Origin: Microthyrium microscopicum
Taxonomy: Eukaryota
Direction of reading: 5' to 3'
Length of the DNA stretch: 64,000 nt
Assembly: GCA_010405405.1 (NCBI GenBank)
Contig: MU004241.1
Span: 62,001-126,000, forward strand
Position numbers and translations under genes: made by a program. Position 1 is the stretch's first letter. The number at the start of each line of letters is the position of its first letter. Of the stretch, positions 12,197-23,945 are shown one piece after another. Below the pieces are notes generated by a model, which was not told the DNA's origin, made no database searches, and saw only the letters and a program-made list of their open reading frames with translations.

Positions 12197-15043
12197 ATGT
12201 TATGTCATTCCAGATTAGCCTTGGTAGGTAATCCAATTGCACTTACACCACAAGTCCCAGAAACGACCTGATGCCTCTTTACCTTGTCAGTCGTGACATT
12301 GCCATCTGGTACGCTCACTTGGTATTGAAAGGTGGCGGTCTAAGTCCCAGAAATAACAGAATGCCATGACAGCTTTCAGTAGCAAATCACCATGTCGCTC
12401 ACTAGTCTATCAGCCCGAGATCATCTACTAACAGCCGATGTAGATCGGGTGGCTAAGCGCACAATTGTTGCTTGCTTCTCCTGTCCCCAAACCAAACATC
12501 ATCAACGAGGCGCTCAGTGCACTTCAGCCATTTTCTTCCATTGACCAGGCCACTTCCGTGGAATCTGGACAAGCCACTACTATAACAAATGCTTTTGGAG
12601 TCATTGTTGCTACCCTTGCTACCACTCAGGGTGCAGTATCTACTACAATTGTAAATCAAATTGGATCCACCATCACGGTCGAGGTTCCTCTACCAACCTT
12701 AGCGTCGGTTGTTACAACCACCAGTAAGCCATTCAATCCCTTCATCACATGGGCTAACATGTCAAGATGCTGCTGGTACTACTGAGATTATATCATTCAC
12801 CACAACAGGGGCTGTTACCAGCACTGGCAGCAACGGGGAGACCACCGTTATTCCCGTCTTCACAGCCATCTCGGATGGAACCAATATGGTCATTCCAATT
12901 CCAACTGTATCGGACACTTCAACATACAAATCCGACCCGGTGCCGACGGGCTCCCCGTCTAATCCTCTTTCCGCCAATCCGGCAAACAATCCTACTGGTT
13001 CCCCGTCCAACTCGCGGTCTGGTGGGCCTTCGACTTCTCCTAACACCAATCCGACAAGCAGCCCAGCAGAGACACAATCGGGTTCACCGTCGAGCATCAG
13101 CAGCAGCGGCATTCCCCAAATTGCTGTTCTCCCCACACTACCGCCGCTACCGACGTTGCCAGGCATAAGTCCTAGTATGACGTTGCCAGAAGCTTCCGTT
13201 TCTGGCACTGGGGCCTCCCAGGGGCCTTTGCCTGATAACAATAAACCGACCGGTACTAAATCTCCGCCTGATAATACTCAACCAACGGGCACTGGAGCTC
13301 CGCTCGATAACAACAATAAACCAACCGGTACTGGGCCCTCACCTAATAACAGTGATCCAACTGGTACTGGGCCTCCGCCGGATACTACCAAACCAACTGG
13401 CACTGGGCCTTCTCCTAATGACAACAATCCAACTGGTACTGGACCTCCGCCCGATAACACCAAACCCACCGGCACTGGATCTCCGCCCGATAACAACAAC
13501 AATCCCACGGGTACCGTTCCTTCACCTGACAAGAACAACCCGACTGGTACTGCGCCTTCACCTGACAAGAACAATCCGACTGGTACTGCACCATCACCAG
13601 ACAAGAACAACCCGACTGGTACTGCGCCATCACCAGACAAGAACAATCCCACGGGTACCGGGCCTTCACCTGACAAGAACAATCCGACTGGTACTGCGCC
13701 TACACCAGACAAGAACAATCCGACTGATACTGCGCCTACACCAGACAAGAACAATCCGACTGGTACNNNNNNNNNNNNNNNNNNNNNNNNNNNNNNNNNN
13801 NNNNNNNNNNNNNNNNNNNNNNNNNNNNNNNGACAAGAACAATCCGACTGGTACTGCGCCTACACCAGACAAGAACAATCCGACTGGTACTGCGCCTACA
13901 CCAGACAAGAACAATCCGACTGGTACCGGCCCTTCGCCTGACAAGACTACACCAACAGGTACCTCTCCTAATAACAATAATGATCCAACTAAGACAGAAA
14001 CCCCAAACAAGACCGATGATCCAACAACGACGCCAGATCCCACAAAGCCCAGCACGATTACTACGGCGCCTACTCCACCCGGCGCTTCGGCTTCGACCAA
14101 TGGCTGCACAACCCTTCAAACAGCAAGCGCGTGCAGCGTTCAATGCAATAATGGGAAAGATTGTTCGACAAGCTGCTCAGTTATTCAGGTTGCATGCACA
14201 GCCACTTGTACTGAAGCAACCTGCACCAGCACCAGGAACATTCCTAAAGGCGCGATGGTGGTGAGTATTGTGCAATCAAAAACACAACCCGTATGCTAAT
14301 CGTTGAAGATTCCATTTACCCAAGGCAACATCCACGGTACCGCAGGACACGAGTTCGATTACGCGCAGGCAACTCAGCTCGCCTCTAGCATAGCGCAATA
14401 CGAGGCCTCCGAGCTCCCATCCGTGGTTTCTACCGTCAACCCCAACCCAACCGATCTTCCCACAATTGCATTACCTCCGAAGCCTTCTAGCACGCCGGCA
14501 GGTCCTAAAGGAAAAGATGTTCTCGTTGTCTGGGACCAACCTCCGGTGACTGGGCCGTATAGCTACCGATTCTACGTTGCTACAGCCGGCTCGAACCCGT
14601 CTGTCGTCGACCCCAAGACCTGTGACGGCGGTCCAGGACCCTGGATCGTGGCAAACGATGCGGTTTCTGGTCGTGCGGATAAAGCCAGGAGCTCGAAGCA
14701 TCCCCTGGGTCCTGGTGATCGCAAGCCAGTGGGCATTATAGATCTTAAATCTGGCAATTCGGGCGACAAGCTCCCACAAACTTGTGGCTTCAACGATCTC
14801 GACAACGGCAAGGCCTCGATCTACTGCCCAGGGCCGAATGGTGCAACTGGCAAAAATTACCCGTGCATTGTGCCTGATTCAGACACGTACCAGAAGATCA
14901 CGCCAGATTCCGGAAAATGTCCTAAGATGGCCACGATGGATGAAATCGACAATGTCAAAATGCTTGCATATGTAAGTCCTCATATTTTCTCGGAGGAGCG
15001 GCTGCTAATCATCTTATAGATCTGCAATCTACCTGACTGGTGA
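12197..15043 (+). CDS. Secreted mucin-like Pro/Thr/Asn repeat protein with Cys-rich segment and C-terminal Cys domain; proposed introns 12224..12443, 12724..12766, 14261..14308, 14972..15019; spans the assembly gap
   Basis: Splicing gives signal peptide MLCHSRLAL-IGWLSAQLLLA|SPVP; PDKNNPTGTAP repeats; CTTLQTASACSVQC..CSTSC..ACTATC; ends ICNLPDW*; all junctions GT-AG and in frame; first exon less certain. Confidence 0.75.
13230..13960 (+). repeat. Coding tandem repeat of ~36 bp (PDKNNPTGTAP[S/T]), interrupted by a 65-N gap at 13767..13831
   Basis: Repeated GACAAGAACAATCCGACTGGTACTGCGCC units on both sides of the gap. Confidence 0.95.
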
Positions 15044-15746
15044 GTAAGAGTAGGACGACAGAATCATTTTGCATGATTGCATAAGTCCAAGACCTTGATG
15101 TCGCACCGTATATCCATGGAATTAAGGACCGTAAGCTTCCGAAATGGGATCTGCTGAGCGCAGAGGCTTAGGTTCTCGTTAATAGGATCGGTGTACTATA
15201 AATGGCTGCCTGTAAACCAAAATTTTCAGAAGCTATCGTTTTCAAAGCAAGGTCATTGATGAATCTATTGTAGGATGTTATAACTTCGCTTATCATTTCG
15301 CTGTTCTAACCCTGAAAGCCTGGTTTAATCAAAAAGCTGTTATAGAAATGTCTACCTAGAATCCGTGTAGTACTCATATTATATGGTTCTTCACGCGAAT
15401 ATGAGATACATACCCGTTCGTAGATTTGGATTTGTAATTAGTGGTTTGAGCCAAACATGGTGATGAACTACGACGTTGCAAAGCACTTCTCAGAGAAAAC
15501 GTCTACAACTTTCATCGAGTGCGCCAATAGATTGTCAATTTATCGCATACAACAGCTAACGATGCCGTTCCTCTATTTAACGTATCAAGACAGAAACGTA
15601 ATTTTTGGTTGATCACCAGAACGATTCACTTCTTCTGACAGCAATGTAGCAAGGATGGAGGAGGTATGTTAAAAATGAACTCTCTCATCTCTTGTGTCTT
15701 TTCCATACACAAAGCTATTTTTACCGAGTTCTACTTATCAGCGATC

Positions 15747-17327
15747 TCATTCATGGCCGATAGGCTTTCCATCTAGCTGCCATTGCAAGTTATAGGTTTG
15801 CATTTTGACCATCGTGGCCTGCTCAGCAGGAACAGTTCGTGGATCTGGGCCAACCATATTGTGAGGGAACCCAGTATCAAATGCTACGACGCCTTCAATT
15901 TCTTTGATGTGGTCATCAGAGAGGTGTATCGCGAGACTTTTTATGTTGTCTTCAAGGTGTTCGACCTGATTTAAGATTAGCCATGCAATCGCTGTTGAGG
16001 ATAGTGTGCACAAATACCTTGCGACCTCCAATTATGGGAAAAACATAAGGAGCCTTTTGCATGACATATGCTAGAGCAACTGCATCGCTATCAGTAGTTT
16101 CGTTTTCTGAGTCGCGACGACAAGGAAATGAGCTTACCTGCTTGAATACTCTCAACTCCGATTTGTCCAGCAATCTTCTCCAAAGTAGCGGACATTTTCT
16201 CCTGCTCAGGGCTTTGATCAGCCCCATGGAAACTGCGAAGACCTTCGTTGGCCTTTTTACGCTCTTCAAGTTGCTTCTTGGTCTGAAGCTTTCCACCTGT
16301 TTTGGTCAGTTTACTCTACACAGAAACAGAAGAGAGAACATTACCACCCATAACATCCCAGGGTGCGAGGGCCATACCATAGGTACGCGCCATTGGCAGA
16401 ATGTCTCTCTCGAAATCTCGAATCAGTACATTCCATCGCCCTTGGTAAATGGAAAAAGGGGTCTTATGAGCAGCATTGGCGTATTCGTTGGCAGCTGAAA
16501 CAACCCATGCAGGCTATTCTGAAATTAGCATTCAGATGAATGTCCAAGTTGACGAGACCATACCGTGTCAGAAACACCCAAGTACAGAACTTTGCCTTGA
16601 GCGACAAGTTCATGGAGAGCATCCATAATTTCTTTGACGCTTGCTGCATACTCCCACCAATGAACGTATCTCACTTAAATTAGATAATTGTGAAATTAGG
16701 CAGTGGCATAACTCACAGAATATCAACGTAATCGGTTTGCAACTTTTTGAGCGAATCTCTGAAAGAGACATGCAGACTCTTTTTGCCGTTTCCGCCATAA
16801 TTGACTGAATGAGGTGTTTTACCCATGTCAATGGCTTTGTAGCTGTACGAACTTAGCATCGCCATCATGAACTACATCCACTGGGTTGCAGCTCACTTTG
16901 TGGTGTATTTTGTGGCAATGACCAAATGATCACGATTGCCGCGTTCAACCATCCATTCCCCAAGCCAATTTTCAGAGTCATTGTCCTGATAGTTCTACCA
17001 AATTATATCAGCAAGGCCTCTTTAGCCAAAAAGAGGACAAATTAGCTCACATTGGCTGTGTCAATGAAGTTGCCCCCTTTTTCATAGAAAGCATCCAAAA
17101 GCTTAAAGCTCTGCTCTTTGTTCATTGAGCCCATCCAGTCGCTCCACGCCTCCCCGATACTCATTGCACCGAGGCATAGAGGAGAGACTTTGACCTGGTC
17201 TGCTGTTAGATTTGAAGGTTCTACGCATAGGAGCTTGACCTCAACTCACAGCAGCAGTTGGAGACAGAAATCGAGGTTTGCCCAACTCGGACTTTGCCTC
17301 TGGCACAGCGCTGAATATTGTTGACAT
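15747..17327 (-). CDS. Aldo-keto reductase of the aryl-alcohol dehydrogenase/norsolorinic acid reductase (AAD/NorA-like) type, multi-exon
   Basis: [76 protein letters not shown]. Confidence 0.88.
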
Positions 17328-18263
17328 TGTGTTTTAGCTTTGGGTGAACTAGTTGTTCTTGTTTTGTTGATAACTAAATTGGGATGAAATGATCAAGCCG
17401 ATTTGGACAAGTGAGGGAGAGGAGTTTATATATACCTACAAGGTAGGACTTCTTGTAAACAAGCTCGGATTTAGGCTATTTCCTGCGGCTTGAAAAGCGA
17501 TTGATAGTGCCCCAATGCCCCACATTCTGATATCAGCGTCATTCAACCAGTCCAAAGCTTCGTTGTTCCACAGATGAGCTCAGCTAACAACGGAGGTAAG
17601 GTAAAAGGTAAGAGTACTCTAACTTAAACCCTATGCACAACTCGCCTCGAATACTCCATTTGCCTGATTCTCGCGCAATAATTCCTTATTCCATCACTAT
17701 GGGATGGTACCAAGATCGAAATGTTAGTCTTCCATTTCCAATTTTTTACCAATGGCGTGGTTGTGTCCTCTCTGACATCCACAACGTCCTTTCTGACTAT
17801 GTTCTTTCTAGAGCCAACATTTCTTGTTCCATGTTATTTTTACACGAGCATGCCGTACTAAGATTGCATAATTTGCTCTGTTATCCGGATTTAGCATTAC
17901 TATTTCTATAACTAAACCGGTCGCTTCTCCAGTACTTAGAGTAGTACTTACTACAATGTGTTTCTGTATTGACATACCACCATTCTTTCAGGGGGCCATT
18001 GATCACACATTTTGACCAACATATAAACCGAATGACGTCTCTCCATTATCGGTTTGAACAATTTTCAAAGATTATGAAGCCTTACGCAGCAAGAAGTGCG
18101 GCTAGAAGCGGTTAGCGTGGTGGTCACAACTTCAACTCATGAATTTGCGGTGTGACAACAAACAAATTTCTTGCCAGATTGCTCGAGTCCACTACAACCA
18201 CTAAACTTCCTCGAGAAAACATCTAGAGTCAATTGCACCGTTCATTACTAAATCCCTGCAAAA

Positions 18264-19013
18264 ATGATCACCCTCGTCGCCTTTGACCTCGACGGCACGC
18301 TCGCCGAGAGCAAACAGCCCCTCAAAGACACCATGGCGGAAGCTCTTGCCGACCTTCTCTCCGTCGCCAATGTCGCTGTCATCTCTGGTGGTGACTGGCC
18401 CCAATTCCAAAAACAAGTCGCTAGCCGTCTACCTGCCCGCGCCGAGCTCAAAAACCTTTGGCTCATGCCCACCACCGGTACCAAACTTTACACACATAAA
18501 GCAAGCGAGTGGAAAGTCGAATATGCCGAGCTATTCAGCGAACAACAGCGCAAAGATATCATTGCCGCTTTCAACGCTTCTCTAGAGGCCACTGGCTTCA
18601 AGCCTGAGCAGACATGGGGCGAGCTCATCGAAGACCGCGGAAGCCAAATTACTTTTTCAGCACTAGGCCAGTCAGCGCCCGTGTCAGCAAAGGAGGTTTG
18701 GGATCCAGATTTTGCCAAGCGCAAGGTCATTCAGGCCGACATGCGCAAACGGTTGCCGGATCTGTCCATCAACATGGGCGGTGCAACTTCGATTGATATC
18801 ACACAAAAGGGCGTCGACAAGGGTTATGGACTCAAGAAGTTGAGAGATGCGAGTGGCATCCCTTTGGAGCAGATGATGTTCATTGGCGATGCTATCTTCC
18901 CCGGTGGAAACGATTATCCTGCCAAAGAGATTGGACTCGAGACAGTACGTGTCAAGGACCCAGATGGCACTCTTGCAGCCATTGCTGGCATCGTGGCATG
19001 TCTTAAGAAGTAA
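18264..19013 (+). CDS. HAD-IIB family hydrolase (bacterial-type phosphomannomutase-like), intronless
   Basis: FDLDGTL (motif I), VISGG, IEDRGSQITFSALGQ, GGATSIDIT, GVDK, FIGDAIFPGGNDYP (motif IV). Confidence 0.9.
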   Translation: MITLVAFDLDGTLAESKQPLKDTMAEALADLLSVANVAVISGGDWPQFQKQVASRLPARAELKNLWLMPTTGTKLYTHKASEWKVEYAELFSEQQRKDIIAAFNASLEATGFKPEQTWGELIEDRGSQITFSALGQSAPVSAKEVWDPDFAKRKVIQADMRKRLPDLSINMGGATSIDITQKGVDKGYGLKKLRDASGIPLEQMMFIGDAIFPGGNDYPAKEIGLETVRVKDPDGTLAAIAGIVACLKK

Positions 19014-19530
19014 ACAACAACTTCATCCCGAGGGAGGCAATAATTGGATATCCAATAACTTGGCTCGGAGGACTTTCTGTCCTACAAGCTGAATGGCTCA
19101 TGGCCTTGCCACCAGATACCACCAGTCTCCGGATGTGCTTGGAAAAAGAAAAGTCCTGTCCATGCAAGGCATAATTCAGTCCCAGCATAACCTTTATAGA
19201 AAGTAGATATTACGAATGACTACAAAGACACAACTGTATTGAGGTACCCGTCGATTCTATCAGCTCCCATGTATCCAGTACATTGCTAATCGGCGCTATG
19301 CCATCAGCTAGTGAATGGTGGCATTTTTTGCGCTCTTTTTGTACATCAACTCATGCCAGCAATCCAGATTCAAGAGTACTATGAGTTAAAAATCATTACA
19401 CATACATAAAGTTGCTGCAATTTTATTGATTATATCGAGAATGTCTCTATTTGCTCATATATTAATCATTCTGATCTAGTACCGCCCACCATTTTGCATG
19501 GTGTCCGTTGCTGACGCCACTTACATCCCT

Positions 19531-20791
19531 CTAACACCAGTTGCGTTGGTCAATCTTCCAGTGCTCCTTAACAAGGGCAGCATCAGGGCCGCAGAAAGCA
19601 GCCTTAGCAGTGGCATCACCCTTGAACACAGCGTCGAGGAACTTGACAGCAGCAACACCGAACTTGCCACCATCCTTGGCGGAGTATGTTCCCATGTGGC
19701 CGGTGTCAAGGTTGAGCTTCAAGGAAGGTAGCTTCTGGTTGATGTCTTTCCAGTCAGCCTCGCCCTAAAGTGCAGGTTAGTACGAGTTGCCCCTATTTGG
19801 CTCTATTTAGTATTTCGTATAGCTTACATTGGAATAGGCGATATCCTTAGGTCCTCCCAGGAAGTACGAAACTGGGACCTTGATCTCAGCAAGAAGAGGA
19901 ACCTTGCCATCATCAAGAAGACCACTGTTGAAGATCATAATCTGCTTGACGCGGTCATCATGATACGCGGTGCTGTAGGCCTGAAGACCACCACAGCTCT
20001 GGCCAGCAGTGGCAATGTGGGCAGTATCAATGTCTCCGTACTTGGAGCCCTTGCCAGCAAGCACCCAGTCAATACCGGCAGTCATCTGCTTGATTGAGCT
20101 TTGCTTGCCGAAGAGGCTGAAGCCTTTGGCGGGAGCACCGTTGGCGAGGACTAGATATCCGTGACTGGCGATCTCCTTGAGGAGGTTGCCAAATTGTGTG
20201 GGATCGTTGGCGCAACCGCCGTTGCCCCAGATGAGGACTGGGAGCTTGACACCGGCTGGAGGAGTCGCAGGAGCGTAGATGGTGTGATCATCAAGAGTAG
20301 GATCCTGAGATTTGGCGGATGGATACTTTCCGGAGCCTGGAGTTGTTTGCTCAGTCATGCTAGGGATTCCACCGTTTGGCGCTTCTGGTCTATTGTGTTG
20401 TCAGTCTCTTCAATTTTTCGTATCTTGTTGTCGCCGAAAACAATATTCCATGAGGTAATCCCCAGCACTCCAGAGAGTGCCAAAGATACTTTATCATATA
20501 TGTATCAACTTTACGTACCCAACAAGGTCGGCCATAGAAGTAGGCGTCTTGGGTGCAGCTATCCACAACTATCAGCATTGATGAGTCTTGATTAACAAGG
20601 GATTTATTCTCACCTCTTGATGACGAAGCACCTTTGGCGGCGGAGGTAGGACCGAACATATCCAAGTTCATGCCGAAAATTCCACCCATACCACCGTTTT
20701 CACCAGAAGCTGGGAGAGGCTTGGCCTGGGGCGTCTGGGGCATAGCAGCGGCAGTCAATGCCAATGAGGCAAGAACAAATTTCGAAACCAT
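19531..20791 (-). CDS. Secreted alpha/beta-hydrolase (esterase-like); introns 20559..20613, 20390..20518, 19765..19827
   Basis: Signal peptide MVSKFVLASLALTAAA; PVLIWGNGGC, ASHGYLVLA, nucleophile elbow GQSCGG, GGPKDIAY, DTGHMGTY. Confidence 0.82.
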
Positions 20792-22093
20792 CTTGACAAG
20801 CTGTAGCGATAGACTTGACTGATCGAATGTGCAAAATATTACGTGTAGGAAGTGACAGTTTCTGCATTCAACATCATGGACAACTGGTCATCATATACAG
20901 ATCTAGATGGCGACCAAAAAAATCCTAGAGTTGATTAAACAATATGAAAGCCAACGCTAAATTTTTGGTCGGAAGACCCTCATGGGAGTTGATAATTAAG
21001 AGATACAAGGAACGGACAAAGCAGTTCACTGATTTGCCGGCAATTCCGGAACCTGCCCTTAAGCAACCTGGTATAGGGAACTGTTCAAGTAGAAAGGTTC
21101 AATGCATAACCTACATCAATTGCCTACCTGGGACCCACGTGCCTAGGAATCGATAAAGGGGGCTGTATGAAGCATATTAAGAGCCGCGACTGGTTGCGCA
21201 ATGACAATATCGTCGCCACTCTTTGCCAAGTGGCCACCTCTGAGAAGATGGATGACCTCGATGCAATCAATTGTCTTCTTCGAGGATCTTGTCCTAAGCA
21301 TACGTACTTCACAGAGATGCGTTGGTGTGAATCATGTGCATTAGCCCTATCAGCAATATTGTGATCTTGTGGTCTTGTGCTTGTCCTTAAAGCATCGGGC
21401 GCGTGGCAAACTCCTGTTGAAAATGCGACGATGCAACTAACAGATAATTTGGTAGGACTCTGGACCCAAAAAATTTCTTGAAATCTGAGTGATCTTGCTT
21501 GTCACTGGAGCTCTCGCCAACAGTGAGCGGCTAGGCTGGATTTACTGAATCCCTTTTCAACCAGACTTTCAACTCAAAGTCCGAGATTTTGACTCGCACA
21601 TGATGTTCATTGCCATTTTGATTTACCATCAGAGACAGCTTAAGAGCTAGAGAGTGAAAAGGAGCTTGAGACGCTTATAAAAAGGACCACATCGATCTAG
21701 TGTAGAAGAACGCCTGCAGCAAGAGTGAATCTATGGAAGGGTACCTTGAAGGGAGCTAAAGGATTTATATTGAAAACCAGTAGCGAGAATGCCAGATGGA
21801 AGGATAATATTCCTGACGGATTGAATGTGTGTGAGACTGGAAGAGATGAAGTTGAGAAGAACGAAGATGGATAACATGAAGAATGCCAAGCAATCGTGAT
21901 GCGGTATTATTGGTTTTATTGGTAATTTTGGAGCTATGACCCTCGACCTTCAACATCGTTACGAGGCTTTGCTTGCCTGGAGCATCGTCAACACCAACTC
22001 CCCCCCACAATCACCAAGCCTTCATACTTCCTTCCAAACTCCGAAATTACACATACTACTCTCTAAAGCCTCAGCTCATCAAAAGTCCTCAAG

Positions 22094-23036
22094 ATGTTTA
22101 TCGCGCGGTCAGAATATGGTCAGTTTCAAGCTATGTCTTTTCAATATTCACAAAACTAACAATCGATTTTTAGACCGTGGAATCAAGTCAGTCACAAGCA
22201 ATCGCACCTTTATCTCTAGCTGACCATTCCAGCACATTCTCGCCTGAAGGTCGTCTCTTCCAGGTCGAGTACTCCCTCGAAGCTATCAAGCTAGGTTCTA
22301 CAGCCATCGGAGTTGGTCTACCCTCAACCCCTCTTACAATGAATATATAATTGACCGCCCACTAGGTCTCAACCTCGGAAGGCGTAATCCTTGGCGTTGA
22401 GAAGCGCGTCACCTCCACCCTCCTCGAAACCTCCAGCGTCGAAAAGATTGTCGAGATAGACAGACATATTGGCTGTGCCATGAGCGGTCTACAGGCTGAT
22501 GCGCGAAGTATGGTTGAACATGCTCGTGTTCAGAGTCAAAATCATGCCTTCCATTACAACGAACCTCTCCGCGTCGAAAGCTGTACACAAGCAATATGTG
22601 ACTTGGCCCTGAGATTTGGTGAAGGAGCGGATGGAGAAGAGAGCATCATGAGCAGACCTTTTGGTGTCGCTCTGCTGATTGCAGGATACGATGAGGATGG
22701 CCCCAGCTTGTAAGAGGACATGAACGATCAAATGAAGGAGGGAAGCTAATCTGTGGCAGGTATCACGCTGAGCCATCCGGCACATTCTACCGCTACGATG
22801 CCAAGGCAATTGGATCGGGCTCAGAGGGAGCACAAGCAGAACTACAAAACGAATTCCACAAATCACTCACCCTACCCGAAGCCGAACAACTGGTGCTCAA
22901 GACATTGAAGCAGGTCATGGAGGAGAAGTTGGACTCAAAGAACGTGCAACTGGCTAGTGTCACCAAGGACAAGGGTTTTCGCATCTACTCAGATGAAGAG
23001 ATGGCCGAGGTTGTCAGTAGATTACCAACCAACTAG
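22094..23036 (+). CDS. PUP2: 20S proteasome subunit alpha-5, multi-exon with a 13-nt micro-exon (22174..22186)
   Basis: Spliced [72 protein letters not shown]. Confidence 0.95.
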
Positions 23037-23828
23037 ACGATACAATATCATGGCATCCATCGAGCGAATTTCAAGCCTTGTAAACACTTTACTGCAACAT
23101 GAGCTCTTTTGTGATGAGGTAATGCTGAACATGAGTTCCGAACTCAGCCGCTTGTGATTTCTATAAAGTACACATCCATCGCTAAAGTAGAAAGCGGACC
23201 GTCGTCTAGAATGGGTTGTCTTCTGGAGCAATCTCTCTTTTCCAATATCCTCCAATCACTGGTATTTGTTCCAGGATATCTCTTCGGACTGGTGGGACTT
23301 CCTCCGCGAAGAAGATTAGAGCAATGCCAGCAGCGGCACCAAAACCAGCGGCTGTGAATGCACTGTACAAGTATTAGCAAGTTTTGCTTCGAGTTGCTCA
23401 ATGGCGGCATGGGTCCGTAGATCGATCGCGTGAAGGGCCAAGGGTAGCGAATAGACGTACTAGTTCTTGAAGGCGACGAGAGGAAAGCCACCGATGTGAG
23501 CTTGAGTCTTGAGTCTAGATACAATCAGTCTGTTGCCCGTCTCATATGGTGGATTGTTCATACTTTGGTCCAAACTTGGATTGGAAAGCGGCAGGCGCCC
23601 GCAGAGGGAGGGATCTCTACCAAAAGTTAGCTACGAAGACTCTTTCAGTTCAAGAAAGGATTCTGACCATAAAAAGCATGATAGCTATGAGTGTGCGAGG
23701 ATCTTGAGGTTTGTCGTGAGCTTTTGCTTAATCGCAGCGCAAGAGCTGATGTTGAAGGTCGGAAGGCATTGACCAATCGGTTGCGTGACGAGAGAGAGCT
23801 GGCCGTTGTTTATCCGGATCTTGCCGAC

Positions 23829-23890
23829 CACGTGATATCGTATTTACCCAGCCAGCAACATCGGCGCGTTTGACGCGATTAGGTTCGCGA
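23829..23890 (+). promoter_or_regulatory. Putative CACGTGA plus clustered CGCG (MCB-like) elements upstream of GCP2
   Basis: CACGTGA at 23829; CGCG cores at 23865, 23874 and 23886. Confidence 0.35.
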
Positions 23891-23945
23891 TTAATTATTT
23901 GCCTGGGTTGAACTGCGGTGATTGCCTGGAGCAAGCAAGATAACC

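Noticed and set aside
13767..13831. Frameshift or pseudogene in the repeat protein
   Set aside because: The frame change coincides with an N gap of estimated length and is an assembly artefact
21401..21410. Rpn4/PACE-like site (GCGTGGCAAA) for PUP2
   Set aside because: Imperfect match about 700 bp from the ATG; cannot be distinguished from chance
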